Positions 13,000 to 26,090 are shown, numbered from the stretch's first letter. The stretch is 64,000 nucleotides of DNA from Octopus sinensis (GCF_006345805.1 NC_042998.1:82026001-82090000), one strand, 5' to 3'. Numbers and translations are program-made. The notes: generated by a model from the letters alone, not told the origin.

Positions 13000-13740
13000 T
13001 ATATATATAGTATATATACACACATATATAAAAATTAACTGAATGAGATAAAAAATCCATGGCTGTGTACAAAACATTTATAAAAAGGTCTTACAGCTGT
13101 TTCCAGGATGTTTTATACACCCTTTCATCAGAGACGGTGCGAGAAAATGTTTAAGTAATAGCTATTATAGAGAAGATATGAAATGCAGAGTGAAGTGGAG
13201 GAATTAAAAGAGACATGAGATAAGTAAGTATATTGTATTTGCAGTTCGATTATTCAAGCCGAATGGTGTATATATAAGCTTCTTGTACCTTGTGTGTGAG
13301 TTCCAATGTTCTTTATAATTGGTCATTTAAGGTGTAGAGTCTTGTAAACGGTGTTATTCGATTGAGGGCTGTTTTGAAGTGACTTAAAAGTTGGAAATAT
13401 GTTTTGTAAGGTCAAATAAAGAACAGGAGAAAAGGAGAAAATGGGAGAGAGACAATAAACAAGTGGAGAAAGTGGTGCGTTAGCTAGTTGTCAGGATAAA
13501 ATGATAGAAGGAAAGGAGAGGTGATGGGGTGAGAGAAAGGAAAAGATGAAAGGGTAAAGAGTAAAAGAGTTTGGGGTATGTTAGCAGGGGTGTTGGGATA
13601 GAGCTTAAGGGATTGGCTTAGGAAGTGTAGAGAGACGGGTAGTAAAATTGAGGTGGAATGAAGATTTAAGAATATAAGTCAAGTTGTTTAAATGGACAGG
13701 TTAGTGGTGAGTAGTAGAAGAAATAAAGAATCTATATTCG
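13000..13740 (-). mobile_element. Penelope-associated non-coding repeat carrying an HHR
   Basis: Homologous, in inverted orientation, to 14230-14920 and to 43860-44300. Confidence 0.65.
13088..13135 (-). ncRNA. Minimal type I hammerhead ribozyme
   Basis: Minus strand: GTCT-CTGATGA-A AGGGTG tataaaa CATCCT G-GAAAC agct GTA-AGAC. Confidence 0.75.
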
Positions 13741-14229
13741 TGAAGCTGCATACACACATACGTATCCACACATGTATGTAGACATTTACACACATCAACA
13801 CATATATACGCATAAAAATTCTTGTATGTTACACGCATTCAAGCATACACACGATCATTTGTATCTAATTTTGTATATGTAATTTCTTGCATACGTAAAT
13901 GCATGCATGCAGACTCACACAGGTGCATAAATGCATGCAAATGTTTACATGCACACACACACACACATACACACAAAGGCAGGTATGCGTATAATATATA
14001 TCTACACATACGCATATACAAATTCGTATTTATGTAAAATATCTATACCTATGATCATATATACTTACTTGTACCCGCTTGCATGTTCATATATGCATAC
14101 AACACGCGTATATACACATATACATATATATACGTACATATATACATACACACACATGTACATATATATATATATACATATATAACACGTACATATACAT
14201 ACATTATATAAACAAGCTCATACATTTGA

Positions 14230-14920
14230 TCATTTTATCATTTTATCTATCATTTTATCCTGACCACTAGCTAACACACGTCTTTCTTCACTTGTTTATT
14301 GTCTCTCTCCCTTATTTTTTTCTTTTCTCTTCCTGTTTCTTTTCTCTTTGCTGTTTTAATATTATTAATTTGACCTTACAAACACATTCCTAACTTTTAA
14401 GTCACTTCAAAACAGCCCTCGATCGAATAACACTGTTTACAAGACTCTATGCTTGGAATGACCAACTATAAACACCATTGGAACTCACACACAAGGTACA
14501 GGAAACTTATATATACAACATTCTTCTTAAATGGTAGAACTGCAAATACAATATCCTTATGTTTCTCACATCTGTTTTCATTGCTCAACTTCACTCTGTA
14601 TTTCATATCTTCTCTATAATAACCATAACTTAAACATTTTCTCACACCGTCTCTGATGAAGGAATATATAAAATATCCCGGAAACAGCTGTAAGACCTTT
14701 TTATAAATGTTCTGTAAACTATTCACAGCCTTGGATTTTTTTTTATCTCATTCTGTAAATTTTTATATATATGCTTGCTAATACACGATCTGCGTTGGAC
14801 TCCTCATTCGTATCATTATCGAACCGGGAGCTTAACTATAGTCTGTCCATAGCACTTACTCCGCATAACCTAATACCGTTGGGCCTTCTTGACACCACTA
14901 CTTCTCATACCCTATATATA
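14230..14920 (+). mobile_element. Penelope-associated non-coding repeat carrying an HHR
   Basis: Same family as 13000-13740; ends ..ctgtccatagcact..ttcttgacaccactac. Confidence 0.65.
14649..14696 (+). ncRNA. Minimal type I hammerhead ribozyme
   Basis: GTCT-CTGATGA-A GGAATAT ataaa ATATCCC G-GAAAC agct GTA-AGAC, with one A-C mismatch in stem II. Confidence 0.7.
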
Positions 14921-14979
14921 CATATTCATGCCATACACGTTTATATACATACATACATGCACACACACACACACACACT

Positions 14980-15013
<34 letters not shown>

Positions 15014-15021
15014 CATATATG

Positions 15022-16758
15022 CATAGGCGTGCGGTCCAGGGAAACAAGGGAAGCAATGCTTTCATTAAAACTAATAGAAACAAAATTAAAATTATATAAG
15101 ATCGTTTATCTAATGTTCTGTAAAATTAATATACACTACATGACATCATAGCATTCAGACTTTTATTGTCGGAATTAGCATGAGACGTCAAGGAGTGGCA
15201 GACGACACAAAAAAATCTGTGAAAGGGAAGCAACACGAGCTGTTGCATCCTTTTGGCTGTAATATTTTCACTTTTTTTTCTCGATAAAAATGACGCAGAG
15301 ACAATGTTTTTCTTGTAAGAGCTGATAATGAATACTTTTAGATGCTAATAAATACTTATACGCTTTGATTAAGTTTCTGCCAATTCGCAATACCTATGAT
15401 ACATATAATCTTACGTTGTTATATAACACTTACATCAGAAAAGGAAACAAATCGACATTCTGCTTCTATCAGAAAAAAAAAAAAACGGTGAAAAAATAGC
15501 ACGCGCGTAGTCTTCTGCATTTATTCAACTAATATTTTATACTTTTTCAAATTACACAAAACCCCTTTTTTGTTCATTGTATGGCTCATAGATTAAATCT
15601 AGTTCTGTCTCAAGCGGGTGCAAATATTCAAGAATGCGTTGAGCTTCTTTCACAGCTAAAGTCATTTTCGTTATTTTTTTTGTAAGTCAATCGAGGGTGT
15701 GTGTCTATTAGATACTGTAATTAAATTGCTTATTCCTTGGTAGAAATAGTTCGTGAATATCATGAACAACCTGTTGATTAATTCCTAAACTTCATTGATA
15801 ATTTAAGTAAATAGGACACGGAATGCTATACCTATGTCCAGGCGTTGTATTCTAATTTACAAAATTGTGAATTCAATTTTTTATTAAATGTGTTAGAGAT
15901 ATTTTTATTTACACAAATGCAGCACTTGACATCCTGCAGAAAACAAATAACAAAATCATTTGACATATCCTACTGTATTCGTAAAGTAAATGAAATTGTG
16001 AAAGTTTTGAAAGAAAACATGAATTTTCTAAATTTTGTAGTAATGTTGATGGCATTCATCCTTAAATGAAGAAAAGAAAAAATTGAAACAGAAGATACAG
16101 ACATGTTCTACAAAATTATAGATTTAATTTGCGAGCACTTTGAGATACGATTTCAAAATTTAAATAAATTACATTTTTCAGCGCTTCTCGATCCAGTGAG
16201 ACAAAATAACGACATCCAGGAAAAATCTCTAACTTGCCTTAAACATTCTTATGGAGACCATGTCGACAGCCAAAAGTTAAGAAGCGAACTTACTGCCTTG
16301 TACAAAGATGCTGAACTAAAAGAAAAATCCGTTCAAGATTTACTTTATATTCTGCATAATAGTGGATTAGTTGATGATTTGCTCCAGCTAACGAAGCTTT
16401 GTGAATTAATATTAAGACTACCAGCAACAAGTGCTTCAGTGAAGCGCTCCTTTTCATACCTAAGGAGAATTCATAATTATACAAGAAATTCGCTGGGACA
16501 AGAAAGGTTGAGCAGTTTAGATCTAATGGGCATAGAAAAACCGTTTCAAAAAGTATTAAGAACGATACCTACAATGATGCTATCAACATTTTCAACAAGA
16601 AAGAGAGAATGATTGAATTAATATTTCAATAAAATATGCAAGTTTTGCTTGTGATTTAAAAAAATTTAATTTGAATACATCAATTTGATTCAAATATCTA
16701 TGTGACAGAAAATTTTGGTCATTGCTTCCCCAACCAGAAAAATCATCGCATGCCCTAC
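15022..16758 (+). mobile_element. hAT transposon relic
   Basis: ORF 16103-16612 carries the hAT C-terminal dimerisation motif (LILRLPATSASVKRSFSYLRRIHNYTRNSLGQERLSSL). Imperfect termini cataggcgtgcg and cgcatgccctac, each with a subterminal gggaagcaatg. Confidence 0.8.
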
Positions 16759-16873
16759 CTATCTACCTCCTACCCATATATGTAAATGGATAGATAGGTA
16801 CATAGGTAGATTATCGGGACGTATATACACCAGCATCGCTTCTCGAGCGGTGTTGGGAGGAACAAACACAGAC

Positions 16874-16904
<31 letters not shown>

Positions 16905-16934
16905 CATATATATGTAACATATAATATATAATAT

Positions 16935-17375
16935 ATCTATTATATAAAATCCGTTCTGTCTGACTGTGAGTGAATCTTCTAGGATCTCGGGTATCCTCCA
17001 TCCAATTGCGCTCAAATTTGATATGTAGATACCGACGGTATGAGGGCCTGTATAAGTCTTGAAAAAATTACAAAAATCTATTCCAGGTGAGAATGCGATC
17101 GATAATGCCGTTTTTGTCCTGCTTTTCTTCCGTCAACCTGTACATAACTCCATTTTTTGTTATTAGTGTACTGCTTAAAGGCACGTTTCTTTCCTGCCAA
17201 GCTTACTGTTTAAACCATGTTTGTGTTCTCCCAGTGAACAGCCTTATCATTACTGGTACTTTAAACTTTTCGGTTGCATATTTGTGTGAATAAAACTGTT
17301 TTTCTTTGGAATAGAAACAAAATTCTATCTTTATTTCTTCTTTTGCTGGTGTCTCAAATTTAGGTTAAGATATTA
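16935..17375 (-). mobile_element. Non-autonomous Helitron-like repeat, family 2 (inverted copy)
   Basis: The reverse complement matches 10672-10693 and 10805-10960. Confidence 0.6.
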
Positions 17376-17472
17376 TTTCTCGGCAAGTCAATTCCTCTGA
17401 AACATAGCATATATTGGTGTCATAATCATACTTAACACTGTTATCCTTACCTCTTCAGAAACTTTTGCGCAT

Positions 17473-18610
17473 ATGAGTAATCAGGAAAGCAAACATCAAA
17501 GAGTGTGTGATTTGCTGAATGCACTCGTCACACCAAAGGAAATTTCAAGAGTAGTTGGAGTGTCCATAAAGACTGTTTATAGTGTAAAAAATAGAATGAC
17601 TATGAGCAAAAGTATTACGAGGAAGTCTGGAAGTGGAGGAATCAACAAAAGACATACCAAAGCTTTTAAAGCTCTCAAATCCAAAATCATAAAGGCTCCA
17701 ACCAAATCCATGAGAAAAATGGCAATTGAACTTGTGGTAGACAACAAGACCATTAGAAATGCAATCAAATATAATTTGAGATTAAAACCTTACACAAGAA
17801 CACTAAAACACTTGTTGACAACAGCTATGAAGGAAAAGAGATTGGAAAGGTGCAAGAAAATTATTACATGGTTCAAGAAAAAGTCCTCCATTGTAACGAT
17901 CTTTTCAGATGAAAAGATCTTCACTGTCGATGCTGTTCTGAAGCGCACAAATGACATATTTATCACAAAATCGACAGCTGAGGTTAAGGGGAAATTCAAA
18001 ACAAAACATCCTGCTCAAGTTATGGCTTTTGGTGTTGTGGTTTCCGATGTGAAGAAAATGCCTATAAAATTCTACAAAGCTGATGAAAAGATCAATGTTA
18101 ATCCTTACTATAAGACTCTGAGTCACCAGGTATTGCCATGGCTTAAAGCCACCTACCCAGAAATACCCAGATGGTAATTATGTATGGACACAGGATGGTG
18201 CTCCAGACCACACAGCTAGAAAAATACAAGATTTCTGCAAATCTTTAGCAATTTTTTGGAATCATGTTTATGGCCGCCTTCTAATCTAGATCTAAACCCT
18301 CTGGATTTGGGGCGTTTTATAATATGCTACCAATAGAACATCACACAGAAATGTCGACTCTCTTAAAGAGAATATTAAAGAAGAATGGGAGAAGTTGTCT
18401 CCCGAATATTTGAGGAATACTTGTGCAAGTTTCAGGAAGCGTGTGAAGGCGGTTATTGAGAAAGAAGGAAGACATAGAATAAAAACATTTGCTATTATGT
18501 AAATTTTCTTGTGGCAAATAAATTCTCATGAATTTCAATAAACTAATTGGTCATACACTGTCTTTCAATCCTGTCTCAAAATATTGTAAATTTTGCTTCC
18601 CCACTCTGTA
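17473..18610 (+). mobile_element. Tc1/mariner-superfamily (maT/DD37D-like) transposase pseudogene with 3' terminus
   Basis: 234-aa ORF with an HTH and IFSDEKIFTV. After a frameshift come QDGAPDHTA and WPPSNLDLNPLD. Ends ..ttttgcttccccactctgTA; the 5' TIR was not seen. Confidence 0.85.
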
Positions 18611-18782
18611 TATATATGCGCCTGTGCATGTTATCTGCGTCTTTTCCCCTGACACCGTTTGAGAAGCGATGTTGGTGTTTTTGCTCACGGTAAACTACAA
18701 TTTCGTTAAAAGTGTCCAACAAAATAAGTACCAGGCTTTAAAAAAAATGTGTATATATATATATGTAATTCGACCTCAGTTC

Positions 18783-18852
<70 letters not shown>

Positions 18853-19040
18853 CATACATACATATATATATATATATGTATATATATATGTATATATATA
18901 TATATATGTATGTATATATATGTATATGTATGTATGTCTGTATGTATGTATTTATGTATGTTTATGCACAGGCACAAATACATAGAAGTTTGTTCAGTAA
19001 TATGTTAGAGTTAACTTTTCTCATGGATGACTGTATATGC

Positions 19041-19111
<71 letters not shown>

Positions 19112-19530
19112 TTGTGTAAACTTTGACTACCTACTCTCGCACAAAATCTCAGACATTGTCCTATGCTCAGAGGAAAAAAAAACATAAGGCATGAATATGT
19201 GTGCACACGCATCTATGTGTGTGTGCGTGCATGTGTGTGTGTGTGTGTATTCAAATGTATATACGTAGAATAATAGAGGCAAAATGCAGCCAAGGAAAAA
19301 CATAAAGCACATAAATGTATTACTTGAATTGAAAACAAACCAATCATAGAATGAAGAAATCCCATGAGAAATATTTTAAGGCATATCAGAAAGTGGAATG
19401 TACTGACCTACATAGTAACACTATCTATATATTGAGAACAAAAATGTATTCAAGTTAAACGCTTTCTTAATATGTTGAATTGGAAGTATGTAGCCCAGCA
19501 AATAAGTTGCTAACGAGCTGAGGGACTTAC

Positions 19531-19626
19531 AATTTCTGTTGCCAACGAAAAAGTTATTAACTTCACGAACTCAACTGCTATAATGGTCATACAAGTTCCA
19601 CAATCACCTACCGGTTCCCCATGCCG
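19531..19626 (-). other. Candidate 96-nt exon
   Basis: Acceptor ttgctctgctttgcag and donor gtaagt. One open frame, RHGEPVGDCGTCMTIIAVEFVKLITFSLATEI; the protein is not recognised. Confidence 0.3.
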
Positions 19627-20550
19627 CTGCAAAGCAGAGCAATTGCAAAGTATATACATATGATAAAACTAGCTAAGAAAGCATTACAGACAACACAACT
19701 ATTGTTCCATAAACCATGGGGACCAGCAGTTGTAGGTTTATTGCTTCCATGTGATGTAAAATTTACTGATTTCAGCTTTAGGAAATAAATATTTCAGGAA
19801 TTAGTTAAATATTTCAACTGAAACGGCTTTTCTATAAAGTTGCCAAATTGCAACTAGTTAAGCTGAAGAAGGTTCCAAACAACGGTCAATTATGATGGTT
19901 TCCAATATGTGGTTGTTGATATGTATTACAAATTAAATTTGAGAAACTATAGTAATACTAAAATCAAACACTTCCTAGCATAAAGAAGTGTACATTTAAA
20001 GAAAAAAGTCCAGGATGTATAGATAAAATATGTTCGTTTGCACAAAGTAATATTTTCAGATACTTCACTTGATTAAGTTTGCAACAAGTTAAAATGTGAA
20101 AACTTAATAGAAAACAAAACCAACATATTTTCCGGTACTGCAAAATAACTGAATTAAAACAATACATTCTATATGAAAATTGTTCAAAGATCAATTATAG
20201 CGTCATAAATATCATATACAAGATATATTTGTTAAATGTAAACAATGCGTATAAAAGAAAATACCTGAATAAGTATTCACAGTAAGTGGGCAATAGAAAT
20301 TTAATCGACCAACAACGTTGTCAAAAATGAAAAAAGTAACCTGCTTAGATAGTGACAAATAGTTTCAAGAGAGCCCGCTATGATGCGGGCTACAAAGATA
20401 TGATGACTGATAGGGATCCTCAGTCATGTGACGTGCAAAAGAAAATTGCTTCTTTGAATCGTTTATATCTGAGTTTAATATCGATATTTCAAACATTATG
20501 GGAACCTACTGCTTAAGTTAACATTCTCCCCCCTCTCTCACACACACGCA

Positions 20551-20581
<31 letters not shown>

Positions 20582-20956
20582 AGTGTGTGTGTGTGTGTCT
20601 GTGTCTGTGTGTGTGTTCATGCTTCTATAGACTTATGGGCACTGGGCTGATCTGAAATACGTAAAGAACTATTAACAACAACGAACAAATAGAAAATTAT
20701 GATTTAGACTATGGGTCTAGTTCGATTTCGATACAACATATACATACTCACGTGTGTGTGTGTGTGTGTGTGTGGTGTGTGTGTGTGTGTGTGTATGAGT
20801 GTATGCGTGTGTATGTGTGTGTGTGATATTTGGGGTGAGGTGTCTCGCCTGTTTATGACTTTCAGATGTTTTAACAAGCACCAATTTTGATAGTGTCACG
20901 TCTACCGCATCGTTGTACACTGACGGCAAAGCACGCACAGCGCATATATAGATTAG

Positions 20957-20957
<1 letters not shown>

Positions 20958-21028
<71 letters not shown>

Positions 21029-21050
21029 TAATAATAATAATGATAATAAT
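20958..21050. repeat. (TAA)n microsatellite
   Basis: Long TAA run directly upstream of the 21.05-21.21 kb repeat. Confidence 0.95.
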
Positions 21051-21105
21051 TGTAACATCGAAAAATACATTAGGAATGAGAACCCAGGTTCGAAATTTCC
21101 CCAAG

Positions 21106-21149
21106 ACACCTGATGAAGTCTGGAGGGTATATCGACCGAAAAGTTGTGT
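21106..21149 (+). ncRNA. Degenerate minimal hammerhead motif
   Basis: ACAC-CTGATGA-A GTC tggagggtatatc GAC C-GAAAA GTT-GTGT. C15.2 is replaced by A, so it is probably inactive. Confidence 0.5.
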
Positions 21150-21246
21150 TAACAATAAACAAGATGAGGACAAATACCCGCGAAATGTAAATAATGTAGA
21201 TTTCATAACATTTATCAAAAAAGGTCTATGTGTGTGCCTGTGTGTG

Positions 21247-21279
<33 letters not shown>

Positions 21280-21799
21280 ATAGTATAATGCTATTAATGA
21301 AGTGCATGATATAATTCTACGTCACTTAAATATATCTTTTATATATACTTTCATAAAAACTGATTTATGATGTTTCGCTTAAAGACATACAAATATAGAC
21401 GTCAGTCGCCGAATATTTTCTTAAATTATAGCCAGTAGATTCATGATTTAAATACATAGAGTCACATTTCAGATTAATTTGTAGATTCATCTGCCTTTAT
21501 TCTGGCTGGTTTTCAACAATAAACAATTTGCTCCACTGCACCTGTCTCAATACATTTTGCTTCACACGTTGTATTCGAGTTTTATTCTGGAATAGTATGT
21601 TAATATACACATAATGATAAATTATATATGTAATTATGCGTCACGTGCACTCTTGAAAACTCTTCCTCTAGAACAGATTCAACTCATGGATTGTGTTCCA
21701 TAGCAAGAAAAATCGTATATACTATGAATATTTTTGTCGGAGGTACTCCAGCATGGTAGCAGTCGAATGACAATAATGAGTAAGGTGGATATATATTCT

Positions 21800-21990
21800 T
21801 TTATTCTTTTATTTGTTTGAGTCATTTGACGGCGGTCATACTGGAGCACAGACTTTAGTCGAACAAATCAACACCAGAACTTATAATTTGTAAGTTTAGT
21901 ACTTATTCTATCGGTCTCTTGCCGAACTGCTAGGTAACGGAGTCGTAAACACACCAACATCGGTTGCCAGGCAATGGTGTGGACACACAC
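21800..21990 (-). mobile_element. SINE 3' half with CR1-like tail
   Basis: Same family as 11235-11315, 22350-22470, 40815-41000, 43745-43865 and 50640-50830; the tail resembles the LINE tail at ~270-310. Confidence 0.8.
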
Positions 21991-21998
21991 AAACAGAC

Positions 21999-22037
<39 letters not shown>

Positions 22038-22040
22038 TAT

Positions 22041-22206
22041 ACGACGGGCTTCTTTCAGTTTTCATCTACCAAATCCACAAGCAAGTCTTTGGACGACCGA
22101 AGGTTACAGTAGAAGACACTTGCCCCAGGTACCACGTTGTAGAACTGAACCCGGAATCATGTGGTTCAGAAGCAAGATTCTTACCACACAGCCACTCCTG
22201 GGCGCC

Positions 22207-22207
<1 letters not shown>
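22041..22207 (-). mobile_element. tRNA-derived SINE (family A)
   Basis: Reverse complement aggcgcccaggagtggctgtgtggtaag..ggttccgggttcagt..aagcccgtcgtatatat, with box A/B-like motifs. Confidence 0.85.
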
Positions 22208-22270
<63 letters not shown>

Positions 22271-22502
22271 GTCTTGGGGGAATCATTATAGCAATAGATA
22301 TAAAAAACGAATATAGTATACTATATATATATGGGGGTATGTCTCTCTCTGTCAGCCTACCATCGCTTGACAAACGATGTTGCGGTGTTTACGGCCCCGT
22401 AACTTAGCAGCTCGGCAAAAGTATCCGATACGCTTACAAAGAATATGTTCTGGGGCGGGTGTTAAATTTTTGAAACAAAATTATATACATACATACATAC
22501 AA

Positions 22503-22598
<96 letters not shown>

Positions 22599-22864
22599 TG
22601 TGTGTTTGTGTGTGTGTATATATATATATATATTACGTTTGGGATTTGGTTTGCAAGACTCTCTATATGAGTTCGTGTGTTGAAGCATATTCAACACAAG
22701 TTATTTACATTGCGTTCCTTTTTGTTTGTTTGTGAGCATGTGTCTGGGTCAGTGTGTGTGCGGGTCAGTGTGTGTGCGTGTGTGTGTGTGTGTGTGTGTA
22801 TGTCCATATGTCTCAGTCTCCATTTGCGTATTCGTGCTTGTCTGTTCTTATAACCTATGTACCT

Positions 22865-23188
22865 GGTGAGGGCGCGTGGCTTAGTGGTTAGGGCATTCGG
22901 CTCATGATCGTAAGGTTGTGAGTTCGATTCCCAGCGACGCGTTGTGTCCCTGAGCAAGACACTTTATTTCACGTTGCTTCAGTCCACTCAGCTGGCAAAA
23001 ATGAGTTGTACTTGTATTTCAAAGGGTTAGCCTTGTCACTCTCTGTGTCACGCTGATTTTCCCCGAGAACTACGTTAAGAGTACACGTGTCTGTGGAATG
23101 CTCAGCCATTTGCACGTTAATTTCACGAGCAAGCTGTTCCGTTGATCGTATCAGCTGGGACCCTCGTCGTCGTAACCGGCGGAGTCTT
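22865..23188 (+). mobile_element. tRNA-derived SINE (family D)
   Basis: Box A tggcttagtggtt, box B gagttcgattccc, core tgtccctgagcaagacactt. The 3' half is shared with 30805-31145. Confidence 0.85.
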
Positions 23189-23389
23189 TAACCTATGTAC
23201 CTATCCGTCTGTATGCTGCTTTGTTTATTTTCACATCCATATGCTTACATACAAAAACAGACATACGCATACACACACACTCGCACCCACACAGACACAC
23301 ACACACACATCTATCTACATAACAGTCCACTAACTATTCTACTCTACCAGTGTAAACTGTGGGTAAGGTGGTATGATATCTACTATGCA

Positions 23390-23870
23390 TATTTCCTATT
23401 TAGTATTGGGGAAGTTTCATTTATAAGGACGTACTCCCGTATTTGTCTGAGTGTTGGGTCTTTCGGGTGTTTGGATACGATGCAGATGTCAAGTTGACCC
23501 AAGTTGCCTCAACGGTGGTCTTTGGCATTTTGTTAGAGTATGGAGGACTGTTTTTTGCCATCATATTTTCTCACATGTTCATTTAGTCGCTCCGCAATGC
23601 TCCTAGATGTCTTCCCTATGTAAGTCATATTCATGTCTTTACAAGCACCTTCTATGCGTCTTATGCTGTAAACTACATTTTCGAGTTCTACAGTCAATGC
23701 CATGGCTAATCCTACATACCATGCTGTTATCATTGGTGCATATGGTATTCTCAAAGCGGTACCTCCTACATAGTTGTGATCTGACGCAGTTCCCTGGCTT
23801 TTCAACAATCTTAATGTTGAGTTCGTTCTCCTTCAGAGCTTTTCTAAATCTACGGGCTGGTTCCATGGGC
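23390..23870 (-). mobile_element. Penelope-like element GIY-YIG endonuclease fragment
   Basis: VVYSI..YIGKTSRSIAERLNEH..KKQSSIL, then LDICIVSKHPKDPTLRQIREYVLINETSPILNR in another frame. Confidence 0.8.
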
Positions 23871-24025
23871 TGTGTCCTCTATGAATGTGAGTTCGATCAC
23901 CAAACTAGTGCATCCCAGATAGCTCGTGAAACATCAATGATGTGCTTGGTGAAAATTTGGCGAATGAGCACAATGCACGTCCATGATTATCTTGGCTACC
24001 GAATAATTGTCACATATCATTTTAC

Positions 24026-24080
<55 letters not shown>

Positions 24081-24227
24081 AAAAGCAATAAAGATTCAAG
24101 TTAATTTAAATGAATTTACTTGAATATGGTACCTAACTTAGATGCACCAAAACAAACTATACGGTTTTAACAATACAGTAATGTGGGGTGATTATAAGCG
24201 AGAAAAAAGCAACAAGAATGGATAGGT

Positions 24228-24318
24228 TTTTAGTACAATCGTTTCATACAAGGACAGGCTTTATTAAAAGTTGCAAAAATTGCAGCATATAAACGTGTCC
24301 CGTACTCATCAGCTAAAA
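24228..24318 (-). ncRNA. Type I hammerhead ribozyme with long stem II
   Basis: Inverted copy of 25449-25539. Confidence 0.7.
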
Positions 24319-25448
24319 TACATGTGAGTTCTCTAGACATCCTAGTGGTTGAGGCTATACTCATGAAGTAATGTAGATAATTAAGTAACATAAACAGATT
24401 TCCAAAGTTCATTAAAGTTCTTTAAAGATGATGTACAGTCTTATCACAGAATTTAAAAAAACGTTTTAATAGCATCACAGAGAAGGTGACTTAATCCATA
24501 GTGTACATATGAATTTCCAGAGATATGAGGAGGGATTACATACTCACAGACGACAAATTTATCCATTGCTAATCACAACGAGGTGGGTTTCAATTCCTGC
24601 TTATTAGCATTACAGAGAGGGTGAGTTAATCCTTTGTATAGATGCACAATTTCCAATGGTGTAGATGTAAATTTCCAGAGAAATGAAGAGGAATTTCATA
24701 TTCACAGGCGATAAATTTATCAATGGTTGAACACAATGAGGTGGGTATCAATTCTTGCTATATGATTAGGTATTTGCCACATTAATCACATTACTGCTAT
24801 TTTCAAGAGACTGTAGCTATTTAACTTTTAAAGGCTGAAGGGCTTTCTGGAGAGGCAAAGAACAGAAAAGGGAAGGAAAGAGAAGGAAAGAGAGAAAATA
24901 AAGGGGGAGGGAGCAAAGGGGGGGGGGCTAGAAGAGAAGAGAAAAGGAAAAAGGAAAAAAAGAAAAAGAGAATAAGAAGAAGAAAAAAAGAGAAAAGAGA
25001 AAGAAATAGGGAAAAAAAGAAAAAGAGAAAAAGAAAAAAAGAGGGTTCTAGTTATACAGAAGAATTAGTAGACGGCAAGTCTGGTTTTAATTTACAGGCA
25101 TCTAGGAACTAGAGGAGAATATTATTCTTTGACCAGTAAAACAGCTAATTTATTGCTGTCGAAAGCAGCTATGAATTTAAAGAGAATCGTTGTGATTAGC
25201 AATGGATAAATTTGTCGTCTGTGAGTATGTAATCCCTCCTCATATCTCTGGAAATTCATATGTACACTATGGATTAAGTCACCTTCTCTGTGATGCTATT
25301 AAAACTTTTTTAAAATTCTGTGATAAGACTGTACATCATCTTTAAAGAACTTTAATGAACTTTGGAAATCTGTTTATGTTACTTAATTATCTACATTACT
25401 TCATGAGTATAGCCTCAACCACTAGGATGTCTAGAGAACTCACATGTA

Positions 25449-25539
25449 TTTTAGCTGATGAGTACGGGACACGTTTATATGCTGCAATTTTTGCAACTTT
25501 TAATAAAGCCTGTCCTTGTATGAAACGATTGTACTAAAA
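25449..25539 (+). ncRNA. Type I hammerhead ribozyme with long stem II
   Basis: TTTTAG-CTGATGA-GTACGGGACA..39 nt..TGTCCTTGTAT-GAAAC gatt GTA-CTAAAA. Stem I is a perfect 6 bp. Confidence 0.7.
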
Positions 25540-25584
25540 ACCTATCCATTCTTGTTGCTTTTTTCTCGCGTATATATATATATA

Positions 25585-26090
25585 TATAAAACTGTAGTTG
25601 TTTGAGTGTCTGTCCCCTTCGATTTAGATTCCTAACTACTCCCACATTTTGCGGTGCAGTTTAACCAAATTCGGGTATCTTATAGTCGTGATTCATATCA
25701 AGCCCGTCTGAGTATTAGCGCGCGTCTACGATGAGTCTACGATTTTAAAAATAATTTAACATCATTTTTTATTCCATTTTAATGCATAATTTTTCGTGTG
25801 TCGATGGCGGTGGAGTTGGCGCCCATGGTCACACCTGCACCTGTTTGCTTCTCCCCCTTCTTCCCTCCCTCGTGAAGCTGTGGGGAAGGGAGTGTAAGGA
25901 AATCAACGTCGTAAAGCGTTGTCAAGGAGACCAGCGTTCTTTTAGAACAACGACTTCATGGCTTGAAGACACCAAAACAGAAATGGCTAAGAAAGCCCGA
26001 ATTGGCATCTATAAGGGAAGTAACTCTCTAAAATGCTTATATAGTTATTTCCCTTACAAACCCGAGCAACGCTGGGCGATACTGCTAGTA
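25585..26090 (-). mobile_element. Non-autonomous Helitron-like element
   Basis: Termini match 8915-9312; carries an additional GC-richer internal segment at ~25780-26020. Confidence 0.6.

Larger units (their letters stand above)
24198..25569. mobile_element. TA-associated element with ~384-bp near-perfect terminal inverted repeats, each carrying an HHR
   Basis: 24198-24581 is the reverse complement of 25187-25569; I noticed one 1-nt indel. The spacer holds a degenerate ~150-bp direct repeat and a purine-rich tract. Confidence 0.85.

Noticed and set aside
20372-20395. 7-bp hairpin agcccgc-tatgat-gcgggct near a tgacgt motif
   Set aside because: Short enough to occur by chance, with no independent promoter evidence.
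22865-22945. tRNA-like sequence with A and B boxes
   Set aside because: It continues into a SINE body and has no complete cloverleaf; the same applies to the other SINE heads.
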